NCBI GenBank assembly: GCA_033977065.1
Contig: JAXCHI010000004.1
Location: 192,001-256,000, forward strand
Direction of reading: 5' to 3'
DNA length: 64,000 bases
From: Candidatus Algichlamydia australiensis
GTDB taxonomy: Bacteria > Chlamydiota > Chlamydiia > Chlamydiales > JAJFMI01
The position numbers were made by a program, and so were the translations under genes. Under the pieces are notes generated by a model. That model ran no database searches. It saw only the letters and a list, made by a program, of their open reading frames with translations, and was not told where the DNA came from. Shown here piece after piece: positions 50,921-58,966 of the stretch (position 1 is its first letter; every line of letters begins with the position of its first letter).

Positions 50921-51342
50921 AGAACGCGATTCTTGAAGAGATTGAAAAAGAGCAAATGAAGAAAGAGGTTCCTGAGTTTAACGTAGGGGACACGCTCAAA
51001 GTGCACACACGCATTATTGAGGGAAATAAAGAGCGCATCCAAGCCTTTACAGGCATTGTGATCGCACGTAAAGGTGGCGGAGTTTCCGAAACCTTCTCTC
51101 TTTATCGCGTAGCCTATGGTAGATCAATGGAGCGTACATTCCCATTACACAGCCCTCGCATTAGTGAAATTGAGATCATGCGTAGGGGAAAAGTGCGTCG
51201 TGCAAAACTTCATTACCTACGTGGTAAGTCTGGTAAAAAAGCGCGCGTAAAAGAGATGATCGGTGGGAAAAAAGTGGCTCGTGAGATTGCCCCAGAACCT
51301 AAAACAGAAGCCCCTAAAGAGGAGCCAAAAAGCGAGGAGTAG
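50917..51342 (+). CDS. rplS: 50S ribosomal protein L19
   Basis: GNKERIQAF, ERTFPLHSP, GKVRRAKLHYLR. Confidence 0.98.
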   Translation: MKNAILEEIEKEQMKKEVPEFNVGDTLKVHTRIIEGNKERIQAFTGIVIARKGGGVSETFSLYRVAYGRSMERTFPLHSPRISEIEIMRRGKVRRAKLHYLRGKSGKKARVKEMIGGKKVAREIAPEPKTEAPKEEPKSEE

Positions 51343-51345
51343 AAG

Positions 51346-52371
51346 ATGAACGCAGCTGTAGAATTTGCCCAAAAACACTCAAAACACATAGTGGGGGCAG
51401 CTTCTGTTGCACTCATCTCACACAGCACAGCTCCAAGTATTTGGAATGCGGTTTGGCGTAAAATACCCGTATTTTCCCTTGAAGGTAGTGATAGGATTAA
51501 AACCCCACTTAAAGGTTTTGCCATTTCGACTTTAGCCGCAGCAGCTGTTGCTTCTCAAGTACCCCTAAAATACAGAACAATCGTTGCTCTCTACGCAGCG
51601 GCAGCAATTTTGCCAGCTTTTGCCTTCAAATTTGGACAAGGGAAAAACGAAGGCAGACCTTCTTTTCCAAAAATTATTTCCATTTTTTCTTCAAAGATAA
51701 GTAATCTAACTAATTCTTCAATTCCCCTGATGTATGTGCTCTCTACTATTGGAGCCGCAGGGCTGCTTTATGCAAATCGAAACGACTTAAAACCACTAAG
51801 AGAGTATCTAATTCAAAATGCAACTCTTACTTATAAAACTTCAAAACTGCACTTTCCTGCAGTCGCAAAAGCTGTAGCAAAAGCGGCATCTGCAATTGTT
51901 TTGGGGCAAGGAATTGGTACGCTTATTTGGCCTGAAATTATTGGTTCAGAAAGATTAGAAGATAAATCTAGGATCCCTTCGTGGACAGGTTCTGTAGCAA
52001 AATATAGTTTATTAGCTGCTGCAGGTGGTTATCTTCTCAATAATAAAAATCTATCAGAAAAGTATGCTAACATAATAGCGTTAATATTTTTTGTAGGCTT
52101 AGGCATTTCCCTATTTGATGGTGAGATAAGAACAGAACATAAAAAAGAAGAAAGAGTAGAAAATCATAAAGATAGTTTTGGATTCGATTGTAAAGAAGCA
52201 GTATATAGAGATATTGAATACTCTTACAGCTATTTACGCTCTTCTATTCTTCCTTTTGATGTGAATAAAACCTCGCGAGCAATAACTCTGCTTATGGTAG
52301 GTGCAGCAGGTCTTTACCTGGTTCACCATCCTAAAATTGATCGTATATCTAAAATATTTATTCAACGCTGA
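51346..52371 (+). CDS. Unknown multi-pass membrane protein, paralog 1
   Basis: Shares H(I/M)(V/L)G, GQG(I/L)GxLxW, LRSSILPxD and YLxxHPK with the next two ORFs. Confidence 0.8.
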   Translation: MNAAVEFAQKHSKHIVGAASVALISHSTAPSIWNAVWRKIPVFSLEGSDRIKTPLKGFAISTLAAAAVASQVPLKYRTIVALYAAAAILPAFAFKFGQGKNEGRPSFPKIISIFSSKISNLTNSSIPLMYVLSTIGAAGLLYANRNDLKPLREYLIQNATLTYKTSKLHFPAVAKAVAKAASAIVLGQGIGTLIWPEIIGSERLEDKSRIPSWTGSVAKYSLLAAAGGYLLNNKNLSEKYANIIALIFFVGLGISLFDGEIRTEHKKEERVENHKDSFGFDCKEAVYRDIEYSYSYLRSSILPFDVNKTSRAITLLMVGAAGLYLVHHPKIDRISKIFIQR

Positions 52372-52461
52372 CCTTTTCCACTGAGGTTCAAAAAATATGC
52401 AAGCAGTAACAAGTGGTTTTTTTAGATATGGCAAACCTGTACTGATTGAAAGTACAAAACC

Positions 52462-52626
52462 AGTACTCTGTAACAGAAAATTTTGCTATTCTTTTTAACG
52501 TGAAAGCTCTCGCGACTGGGCTATCGCAAGTAACCTAGTATTAATCAAATACGAGGTGATTTTCGATAGTTCAATCTCGAGGCTTTGACGTAAAAATAAT
52601 GCTAAAATTTTCTGTTACAGAGTACT
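52462..52626. repeat. Long palindromic element family C, copy 2
   Basis: AGTACTCTGTAACAGAAAATTTT...AAAATTTTCTGTTACAGAGTACT; core ACGTGAAAGCTCTCGCGA...GGCTTTGACG shared (inverted) with the 30866 copy. Confidence 0.85.
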
Positions 52627-52734
52627 AGATAGTATCGAGTCTCTTGATGACAAGTATAAACATCTTCATTGGATGTCGGGATTGGCAGCAGCTTACACAG
52701 CTTCCTTTCTTTCGACTACGTATACGGGAATCGA

Positions 52735-52820
52735 TTTAGAAAAGAGCTTTTTCAATCTCCAATAACCTTTTTTAGAATCTTCGGTTCGATCTATCGGTAA
52801 AGCACTTCTTCAGTGCTTCA
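52735..52820. mobile_element. MITE family A, partial copy 4
   Basis: TTTAGAATCTTCGGTTCGATCTATCGGT...CTTCTTCAGTGCTTCA|TTAA. Confidence 0.7.
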
Positions 52821-52900
52821 TTAAGCGAAACACTCATTATGATTTACTTGATTTGATCTTTATGTTATCTTGACGAGCAGGCAACTCATTGGAGTAAGAA

Positions 52901-53869
52901 ATGCAAGCGGTAACAAGATTCACAAAAGAGAATTATCATCATATGTTGGGTGTGGTGTCTATGGCTGCGCTTTCTCATGGGATAGGACTATGCGGAGCAG
53001 TTGTTCTTACGGGTCAAATCGAAAGTAACATTACAAAACCGCCTCAGCAGACAGAAATGCGTGTGAGGCTCTTATTCGCCTCAATTTTGGCTACGGCCGC
53101 TTCCGGGTGGGCTTCCCCACCTAGTTTGCGGGTTCCAGTACTCCTTTATACGATAGCAACTATTTTTCCAGCGATTGCATGGAAGTACAACAGGGATGTA
53201 AATAGAAAAGGTGAAGATCAAAAGTTGCGAGGAATAGGAGGAATCCGCTCACGAATTACACAACAGAACTCGCGTGATTTTGATAACGAAGTTAACTTTA
53301 TAATACTTTATGGATTGGCACTTCCCATAATCGGTGCTGTGGGGCTCTCGCTGGCAAACATTCATCTTTTTAAGTCTACTCTTCCTCTGCTTCGGAAAAT
53401 GGGGCTTCCTCGAAATTTATGTTCTGCAAAGGAGTATCGACCCCTATTACCTGCAGTACGTGGATTTGTAAAATTTTCTTCAGGTTTTGCAATTGGTCAA
53501 GGACTTGGTGCTCTCTTCTGGCGCATTTTCATCAAAGACGTAAATAAGACTGAATCGAGAGAAGACAAGCGGGTTAGGTTTTGGTCAAGGACATTTGCCA
53601 ATTTGGGTCTTCTAGCTGGGACAGTCGCGCTTTTTATTGGATATGGAAACCTTGGGAAATACAAGAGTATTATACCGATTATTGCTTCAGTCGGCCTGGG
53701 TTTTGCCTGGCTAAAAACAGAAGGTGATCAATTACGCTCTTCGATTCTACCTGTAGATATTACGGATAAGTATCGTGTACTTTCCTTAGTCGGAGTAGGT
53801 GCTGCAGGTCTATACCTTGGCACTCATCCGAAGGTTAATACCTTATTTCAGTTGATTGTGAAAGGTTAA
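52901..53869 (+). CDS. Unknown multi-pass membrane protein, paralog 2
   Basis: 322 aa, colinear with paralog 3; GGAG Shine-Dalgarno. Confidence 0.85.
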   Translation: MQAVTRFTKENYHHMLGVVSMAALSHGIGLCGAVVLTGQIESNITKPPQQTEMRVRLLFASILATAASGWASPPSLRVPVLLYTIATIFPAIAWKYNRDVNRKGEDQKLRGIGGIRSRITQQNSRDFDNEVNFIILYGLALPIIGAVGLSLANIHLFKSTLPLLRKMGLPRNLCSAKEYRPLLPAVRGFVKFSSGFAIGQGLGALFWRIFIKDVNKTESREDKRVRFWSRTFANLGLLAGTVALFIGYGNLGKYKSIIPIIASVGLGFAWLKTEGDQLRSSILPVDITDKYRVLSLVGVGAAGLYLGTHPKVNTLFQLIVKG

Positions 53870-53878
53870 TCTGGATCT

Positions 53879-53916
53879 ATGCAAGGAGCTAAGGAAATCG
53901 TTGGGATTGATGAAGC
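53879..53916 (+). pseudogene. Remnant of the rnhB 5' end
   Basis: AGGAAATCGTTGGGATTGATGAAGC matches rnhB GGAAAATTGTTGGGATTGATGAAGC (IVGIDEA). Confidence 0.75.
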
Positions 53917-53968
53917 AAGTCAGAGCTATATGGCATCTTGACATAGAAACAAATAGTTGGAGTAAGAA

Positions 53969-54937
53969 ATGCAAGCGGTAACAAGATTCACAAAAGATCA
54001 TTATCATCATATTTTGGGTGCAGCTTCTGTAGCCGCAATCTCTCATGGAGTAGGAAGTTTGGGAAGTTCTATTCTTGAAAATTCAATTAACGATAGCATT
54101 TCAAAGCCATCCGAACAGACAAATTTGCGTGTGGGGCTCTTAAGCGCCTCGATTTTAACTACAGCTGCTGCAGGATGGGCTTCCCCATCAAAATTGCGGG
54201 CTCCAGTACTCCTCTATACAATAGCATTTCTTTTCCCGATGATTGCATGGAAGTATGATAGAGAAGTAACTGGAGAAGGTGAGAATCGGTTGTTAAAAGA
54301 AATAAATGGAACGATTTCAAAAATTACGCGACAAAACTCTTATGATTTTGAAGATCGAAATAACTTTTTAGTTCTCTATGGATTCGCACTTCCTATAATC
54401 GGAGCTATGGGCCTCTTGCTCGCAAACATTCATCTTTTTAAGTTTACTCTTCCAATATTACGGAAAATGGGTCTTCCTCGAAATTTACTTTCCGTAAAGG
54501 AGTATCGACCCCTATTACCTGCAGTACGTGGATTTGTAAAATTTTCTTCAGGTTTTGCAATTGGTCAAGGACTTGGTGCTCTCTTCTGGCGCATTTTCAT
54601 CGAAGACGTAAATAAAGTTGAATATAGTGAAAGTTTGCGGGTTAAGCGTTGGTCAAGGACATTTATCAATTTAGGTTCTATAGCTGCAACAGTCACTCTC
54701 TTTACTGGATGTGAATGCCTTGGGAAATATAAAAGACTTATCCCCATGATTTTTTCAGGTATCATAGGATTCTCCTGGTTAAAAACGGAAGAATATCAAT
54801 TACGCTCTTCGATTCTACCTGTAGATGTTACTGATAAGTATCATGCAATTTCTTTAATTGGAGTAGGTTCTGCAGCTTATTATCTTGGCACTCATCCGAA
54901 GATTAGTACCTTATTTCAATTGATTGTGAATGGTTAG
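53969..54937 (+). CDS. Unknown multi-pass membrane protein, paralog 3
   Basis: 322 aa; 1068-bp offset duplicate of paralog 2. Confidence 0.85.
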   Translation: MQAVTRFTKDHYHHILGAASVAAISHGVGSLGSSILENSINDSISKPSEQTNLRVGLLSASILTTAAAGWASPSKLRAPVLLYTIAFLFPMIAWKYDREVTGEGENRLLKEINGTISKITRQNSYDFEDRNNFLVLYGFALPIIGAMGLLLANIHLFKFTLPILRKMGLPRNLLSVKEYRPLLPAVRGFVKFSSGFAIGQGLGALFWRIFIEDVNKVEYSESLRVKRWSRTFINLGSIAATVTLFTGCECLGKYKRLIPMIFSGIIGFSWLKTEEYQLRSSILPVDVTDKYHAISLIGVGSAAYYLGTHPKISTLFQLIVNG

Positions 54938-54946
54938 TCTCGATTT

Positions 54947-55555
54947 ATGAAAGGAGAAATTGAAAGCCAGTTTTACCCGCAAGGATTTAGGAAAATTGTT
55001 GGGATTGATGAAGCGGGAAGAGGTCCACTTGCAGGTCCAGTAGTTGCGTGTGCGCTCTATGCTCCAGAATCTCTCCTCATTAAAGAAATCAATGATAGCA
55101 AAAAGTTAACGGAGAAGAAGCGCAAAGAGCTCTTTACTACTCTTACAACCCACCCTGAAATTGCTTATGGGGTTGGGATTGTTTCTGCAGAAGAGATCGA
55201 TAAAATTAATATTTTACAAGCGACCTTTCTTGCCTTTACAAAAGCGGTCAAAGACCTTTCAATTGCGCCAGAACTTCTTCTTTTTGATGGGCCGCATTTT
55301 CCAAAGCTTGGAATCCCATCTCAAGGAATTATTAAGGGGGATAGCAAATCGGAGTTGATTGGAGCAGCTTCGATTATTGCGAAAGTTACGCGGGATGAGA
55401 TCATGTGTGAGGCAGATAAGCTCTATCCAGGCTATGGCTTTGCCGGTCATAAGGGATATGGGACGAAGAGTCACCGCGGGGCGATTGAAAATCTAGGACC
55501 TTGTCCCATTCACAGAAGGTCGTTTGAACCAATAAAATCTTTAGTAGCAGTTTGA
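54947..55555 (+). CDS. rnhB: Ribonuclease HII
   Basis: GIDEAGRGPLAGPVV, DSKKL, AASIIAKVTRD, HKGYGT. Confidence 0.98.
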   Translation: MKGEIESQFYPQGFRKIVGIDEAGRGPLAGPVVACALYAPESLLIKEINDSKKLTEKKRKELFTTLTTHPEIAYGVGIVSAEEIDKINILQATFLAFTKAVKDLSIAPELLLFDGPHFPKLGIPSQGIIKGDSKSELIGAASIIAKVTRDEIMCEADKLYPGYGFAGHKGYGTKSHRGAIENLGPCPIHRRSFEPIKSLVAV

Positions 55556-55593
55556 CTCAACTTGAGTTGACTTAGCCCTCTCAGTAGGGTAAA

Positions 55594-56424
55594 ATGGCGC
55601 TTGTGAAAAGCATGACAGGCTTCGGATCTGCCAAGGCGGATGAGCTATTTATCATAGAAATCGTCTCCTATAACGGCAAACGTCTCGAAATTTTATTTGA
55701 CGCACCTCAGGCGCTCTTCCCTTTTGAGATGGCTATGCGCCAAAAGATTGCAGAAAGGCTTGAGCGTGGGACGATCAAAGTGCGAATTCGCTTCAGCGAT
55801 AGACCCAAAAAAAATCTTGTCATCTTAAAAGAGAAGATGGAGGCTTTGGCTCGAAGTTTGGGCTACAACGAGGCACTAAGCTTTTCAGAATTGCTCTCCA
55901 TGATGAGTAGAGAAGAAGAGTTTGATTCAAGCTGGGAGAAGCCTCTTTTAAACGGCCTCGACAAGGCAGTTGATGAATTGATTGAATTCCGCAAATGTGA
56001 AGGAAAGAGTTTACAAAAAGAGCTTTTGAGCTATCAGGAGAGTTTGCAAACTGATTTAGAAAATCTTGGAGAGCTAAAAGAAAAAATACGTGAGCAGATT
56101 CGAGAAGAAATTCAGAAAAAGCTGCACGACTTAAAACTTGAACTTAGCGATGAATCAAGGCTTGTACAGGAAGCCTTTTTTTTATCAGAAAAGCGCGATG
56201 TGAGCGAAGAGCTCTCGCGTTTAAGCTCTCACTTTGTGCAGTTAAAAAAGTTATTGGAGAGTAAAGAGCCGCAGGGAAAAATATTGACCTTTTTGCTTCA
56301 GGAGGTCATGCGCGAGTTGAATACCACGTGTGCGAAGAAGCCAAGTGAGGAGATGGTACGCATAGCTCTTGGCATGAAGGGAGTCGCCGAAAAAATGCGC
56401 GAGCAGGTGCAAAATGTCGAGTAG
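55594..56424 (+). CDS. yicC: YicC/YloC family endoribonuclease
   Basis: SMTGFG, DVSEELSRLSSH, QEVMRELNT, REQVQNVE; precedes gmk. Confidence 0.92.
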   Translation: MALVKSMTGFGSAKADELFIIEIVSYNGKRLEILFDAPQALFPFEMAMRQKIAERLERGTIKVRIRFSDRPKKNLVILKEKMEALARSLGYNEALSFSELLSMMSREEEFDSSWEKPLLNGLDKAVDELIEFRKCEGKSLQKELLSYQESLQTDLENLGELKEKIREQIREEIQKKLHDLKLELSDESRLVQEAFFLSEKRDVSEELSRLSSHFVQLKKLLESKEPQGKILTFLLQEVMRELNTTCAKKPSEEMVRIALGMKGVAEKMREQVQNVE

Positions 56425-56986
56425 AGGAAAGCTTTTTATTGTTAGCGCACCTGCTGGCAGTGGTAAGACAACACTTGTGGAAATGCTCTGCAACGAGCGC
56501 AAAGATTGTGTGCGCAGTGTTTCTTGCACAACACGCGCAGTGCGAGGTAGAGAGATTGATGGAATTGACTACTTCTTTTTGAGCCCTGAAGAGTTTGAAA
56601 AAAAATCCCTAGCAGGGGAGTTTTTAGAGGAGGCAAAAGTCTACGAAGATCGCTACGGCACTCTGAAATCTTTTGTAGAAGAGCGACTGACACAAGGCAA
56701 ACACGTTTTTCTTGTGATCGATACCCAGGGAGCCCTCAAGCTCAAAGGCAAAGTAGAGGCTATCTGGGTTTTTATTGTGCCTCCAAGCATTAAAGTGTTG
56801 CGAGAACGCTTAATAGGACGCGGCACTGAAACTGCGGAAGATATTGAAAAGCGCCTAGCTTGGGCACGATCCGAGATGAAAAAAGCGGATGAATACGATT
56901 ACACTGTTGTCAATGACGACTTGAACACCGCATTTATGAGATTTAAGGAGATACTGAATAAGTGCTGTGCCGATAGCACGAGCTGA
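56414..56986 (+). CDS. gmk: Guanylate kinase (C-terminus contributed by a MITE)
   Basis: SAPAGSGKTT, SCTTR, DYFFL, YGT, IDTQG. Confidence 0.97.
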   Translation: MSSRGKLFIVSAPAGSGKTTLVEMLCNERKDCVRSVSCTTRAVRGREIDGIDYFFLSPEEFEKKSLAGEFLEEAKVYEDRYGTLKSFVEERLTQGKHVFLVIDTQGALKLKGKVEAIWVFIVPPSIKVLRERLIGRGTETAEDIEKRLAWARSEMKKADEYDYTVVNDDLNTAFMRFKEILNKCCADSTS

Positions 56987-57078
56987 AAATTCTAAAAAAG
57001 GTTATTTGGAGGTTGAAAAATAATCTTTTCTAGGATTTCTCGGCCGTGGGATCGCTGCATGACTTGTTCAGTGTTTCA
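56947..57078. mobile_element. MITE family A, copy 5
   Basis: TTAA|GGAGATACTGAATAAG...CTTGTTCAGTGTTTCA|TTAA with a 4-bp target duplication. Confidence 0.85.
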
Positions 57079-57102
57079 TTAAGGAAATTGTAGAGGAACA
57101 AA

Positions 57103-57327
57103 ATGGTACTAAAAGCACTAACAAATGAAAAAATTTCTGAAGAGTTTGGTGAGCGTTATGATCACTTTACCCTGACGCACTTTTTAATTGAAATTGCGCA
57201 GCTTCTGATCAAAAAAGGGGAAGAGGTCACCCCATGGATTCTTTTAGAAGAGTTGAAGAAAAATCCAAACCGCTATGACCTAAATGAGCTAAGTAAAGAA
57301 GAAGTTGCCGAGAGTGAGCCAAGCTAA
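57103..57327 (+). CDS. rpoZ: Probable chlamydial RNA polymerase omega subunit
   Basis: Small ORF between gmk and metG, the known chlamydial omega locus; LTNEKI..F...FTLTHFLI pattern. Confidence 0.6.
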   Translation: MVLKALTNEKISEEFGERYDHFTLTHFLIEIAQLLIKKGEEVTPWILLEELKKNPNRYDLNELSKEEVAESEPS

Positions 57328-58966
57328 GAAATATCTTATCACCTCTGCGCTGCTCTACGCCAATGGCTCAGTCCACTTTGGCCACATTGCAGGCTGCTAT
57401 TTGCCTGCTGATGTTTTTGCGCGCTTTGCGCGTCTTCGTGGCGATGAGGTGCTCTTTCTTTGTGGCTCTGATGAGTATGGCGTAGCGATCACACTCTCAG
57501 CTGAGATCGCGGGCCGCAGCCCAAAAGAGCAGGTCGATCACTTTGATCAGATCAATCGCGATCTCTTTTCCAAAATCGGTATATCCTTTGACCACTTTTC
57601 ACGCACAACGTGGGAAGGCCATGTCAAAACAACTCAAGAGTTTTTTCTTGATTTGCAGAAAAACGGGCATATTGAGGAGAAGGTAACAGAGCAGCTCTAC
57701 TCTGAAAAAGAGAAGCGGTTTTTGGCGGATCGCTATGTATTGGGTATCTGTCCCAAATGCGGTTTTGAAGAGGCGAGAGGAGATGAGTGCCCCTCGTGCG
57801 GAGGGAATTTTGAAGCAACAGACTTAAAAAGCCCTAAATCCAAGCTAACAGGAGCGCCGCTTGTCTTAAAAGAGACCAAGCACTGGTTTCTGCGCTTCGA
57901 CCATTTTCGCGATGAGCTTAAACATTTTATTGCAGAGAAAAACTGGAAGCCCAACGTGAAAAACTTTGCTCTTAGCTACATTGAAGATCTGCGTGAGCGC
58001 TCGATCACCCGCGATTCTGATTGGGGCGTGCCTCTGCCGATTGAAAATTCTGATGGAAAGGTCTTCTACGTCTGGTTCGATGCCCCAATTGGCTACATCT
58101 CAGCAGCGCGAGAGTGGGCAGAAAAAACGGGAGGTTCCTGGAAAGATTTTTGGTGTGATGAGAAAACGCGCTTTATCAACTTTGTTGGGAAGGATAACAT
58201 CCCTTTTCACGCTTTTTTCTTTCCAGCAATGCTTATGGGGCAGGATCAGCCCTACAAACTCGTTGATGACTTGCCGGCAAATGAATTTTTAAACCTCGAA
58301 GGGAAACAATTTAGCAAGTCGAGTGGCTGGTACATCGATTTAGAAGAATTTTTTCAACACTTTACCGCTGACCAGATTCGTTACTGTTTAGCAGCCAATA
58401 GCCCTGAAACACAAGATAGCGAATTTACTTGGGACGATTTTCAAATGCGCTGCAATGCAGAGCTTGTCGGTAAATTTGGCAACTTTGCTAACCGCACACT
58501 CATCTTTGTGCACAAACGATGTGAGGGGAAAATTCCCCCGCAAAACGATCTTGCAGAGATTGATAAAACATTTTTAGCTAATGTAGAAAAACTCTTTCAT
58601 GAGATCGCATTTAGTTTTGAAGGGTACCATCTGCGCAAAGCTTCGCAACAGATCATGGAACTTGCGGCGCTTGGTAACGTCTATTTTGATGCAAAAAAAC
58701 CGTGGGTAACAGCTAAAGATCCTGCAACTTTCCCCGACACAGAGACAACGCTCCATAACTGCCTTATCTGCTTGCGCGCGCTCTCTGTTGTTAGCAGCCC
58801 GATTATCCCAGACGCAGCAGAAAAGCTCGCGAAAATGATTGGTGGATCCGTAAATTCTTGGAAAATGGAATTGCCAACAGTTGGGGAGGCTCTCCCTGAA
58901 GCAGAAATTCTTTTTCAAAAGGTGGAGCCAGAGCTCATCTCAACTTTCAAGGAAAAGCTCACGTAG
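57314..58966 (+). CDS. metG: Methionine--tRNA ligase
   Basis: YANGSVHFGH, GSDEYG, zinc knuckles, YVWFDAPIGY, GKDNIPFH, QFSKS. Confidence 0.98.
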   Translation: MSQAKKYLITSALLYANGSVHFGHIAGCYLPADVFARFARLRGDEVLFLCGSDEYGVAITLSAEIAGRSPKEQVDHFDQINRDLFSKIGISFDHFSRTTWEGHVKTTQEFFLDLQKNGHIEEKVTEQLYSEKEKRFLADRYVLGICPKCGFEEARGDECPSCGGNFEATDLKSPKSKLTGAPLVLKETKHWFLRFDHFRDELKHFIAEKNWKPNVKNFALSYIEDLRERSITRDSDWGVPLPIENSDGKVFYVWFDAPIGYISAAREWAEKTGGSWKDFWCDEKTRFINFVGKDNIPFHAFFFPAMLMGQDQPYKLVDDLPANEFLNLEGKQFSKSSGWYIDLEEFFQHFTADQIRYCLAANSPETQDSEFTWDDFQMRCNAELVGKFGNFANRTLIFVHKRCEGKIPPQNDLAEIDKTFLANVEKLFHEIAFSFEGYHLRKASQQIMELAALGNVYFDAKKPWVTAKDPATFPDTETTLHNCLICLRALSVVSSPIIPDAAEKLAKMIGGSVNSWKMELPTVGEALPEAEILFQKVEPELISTFKEKLT

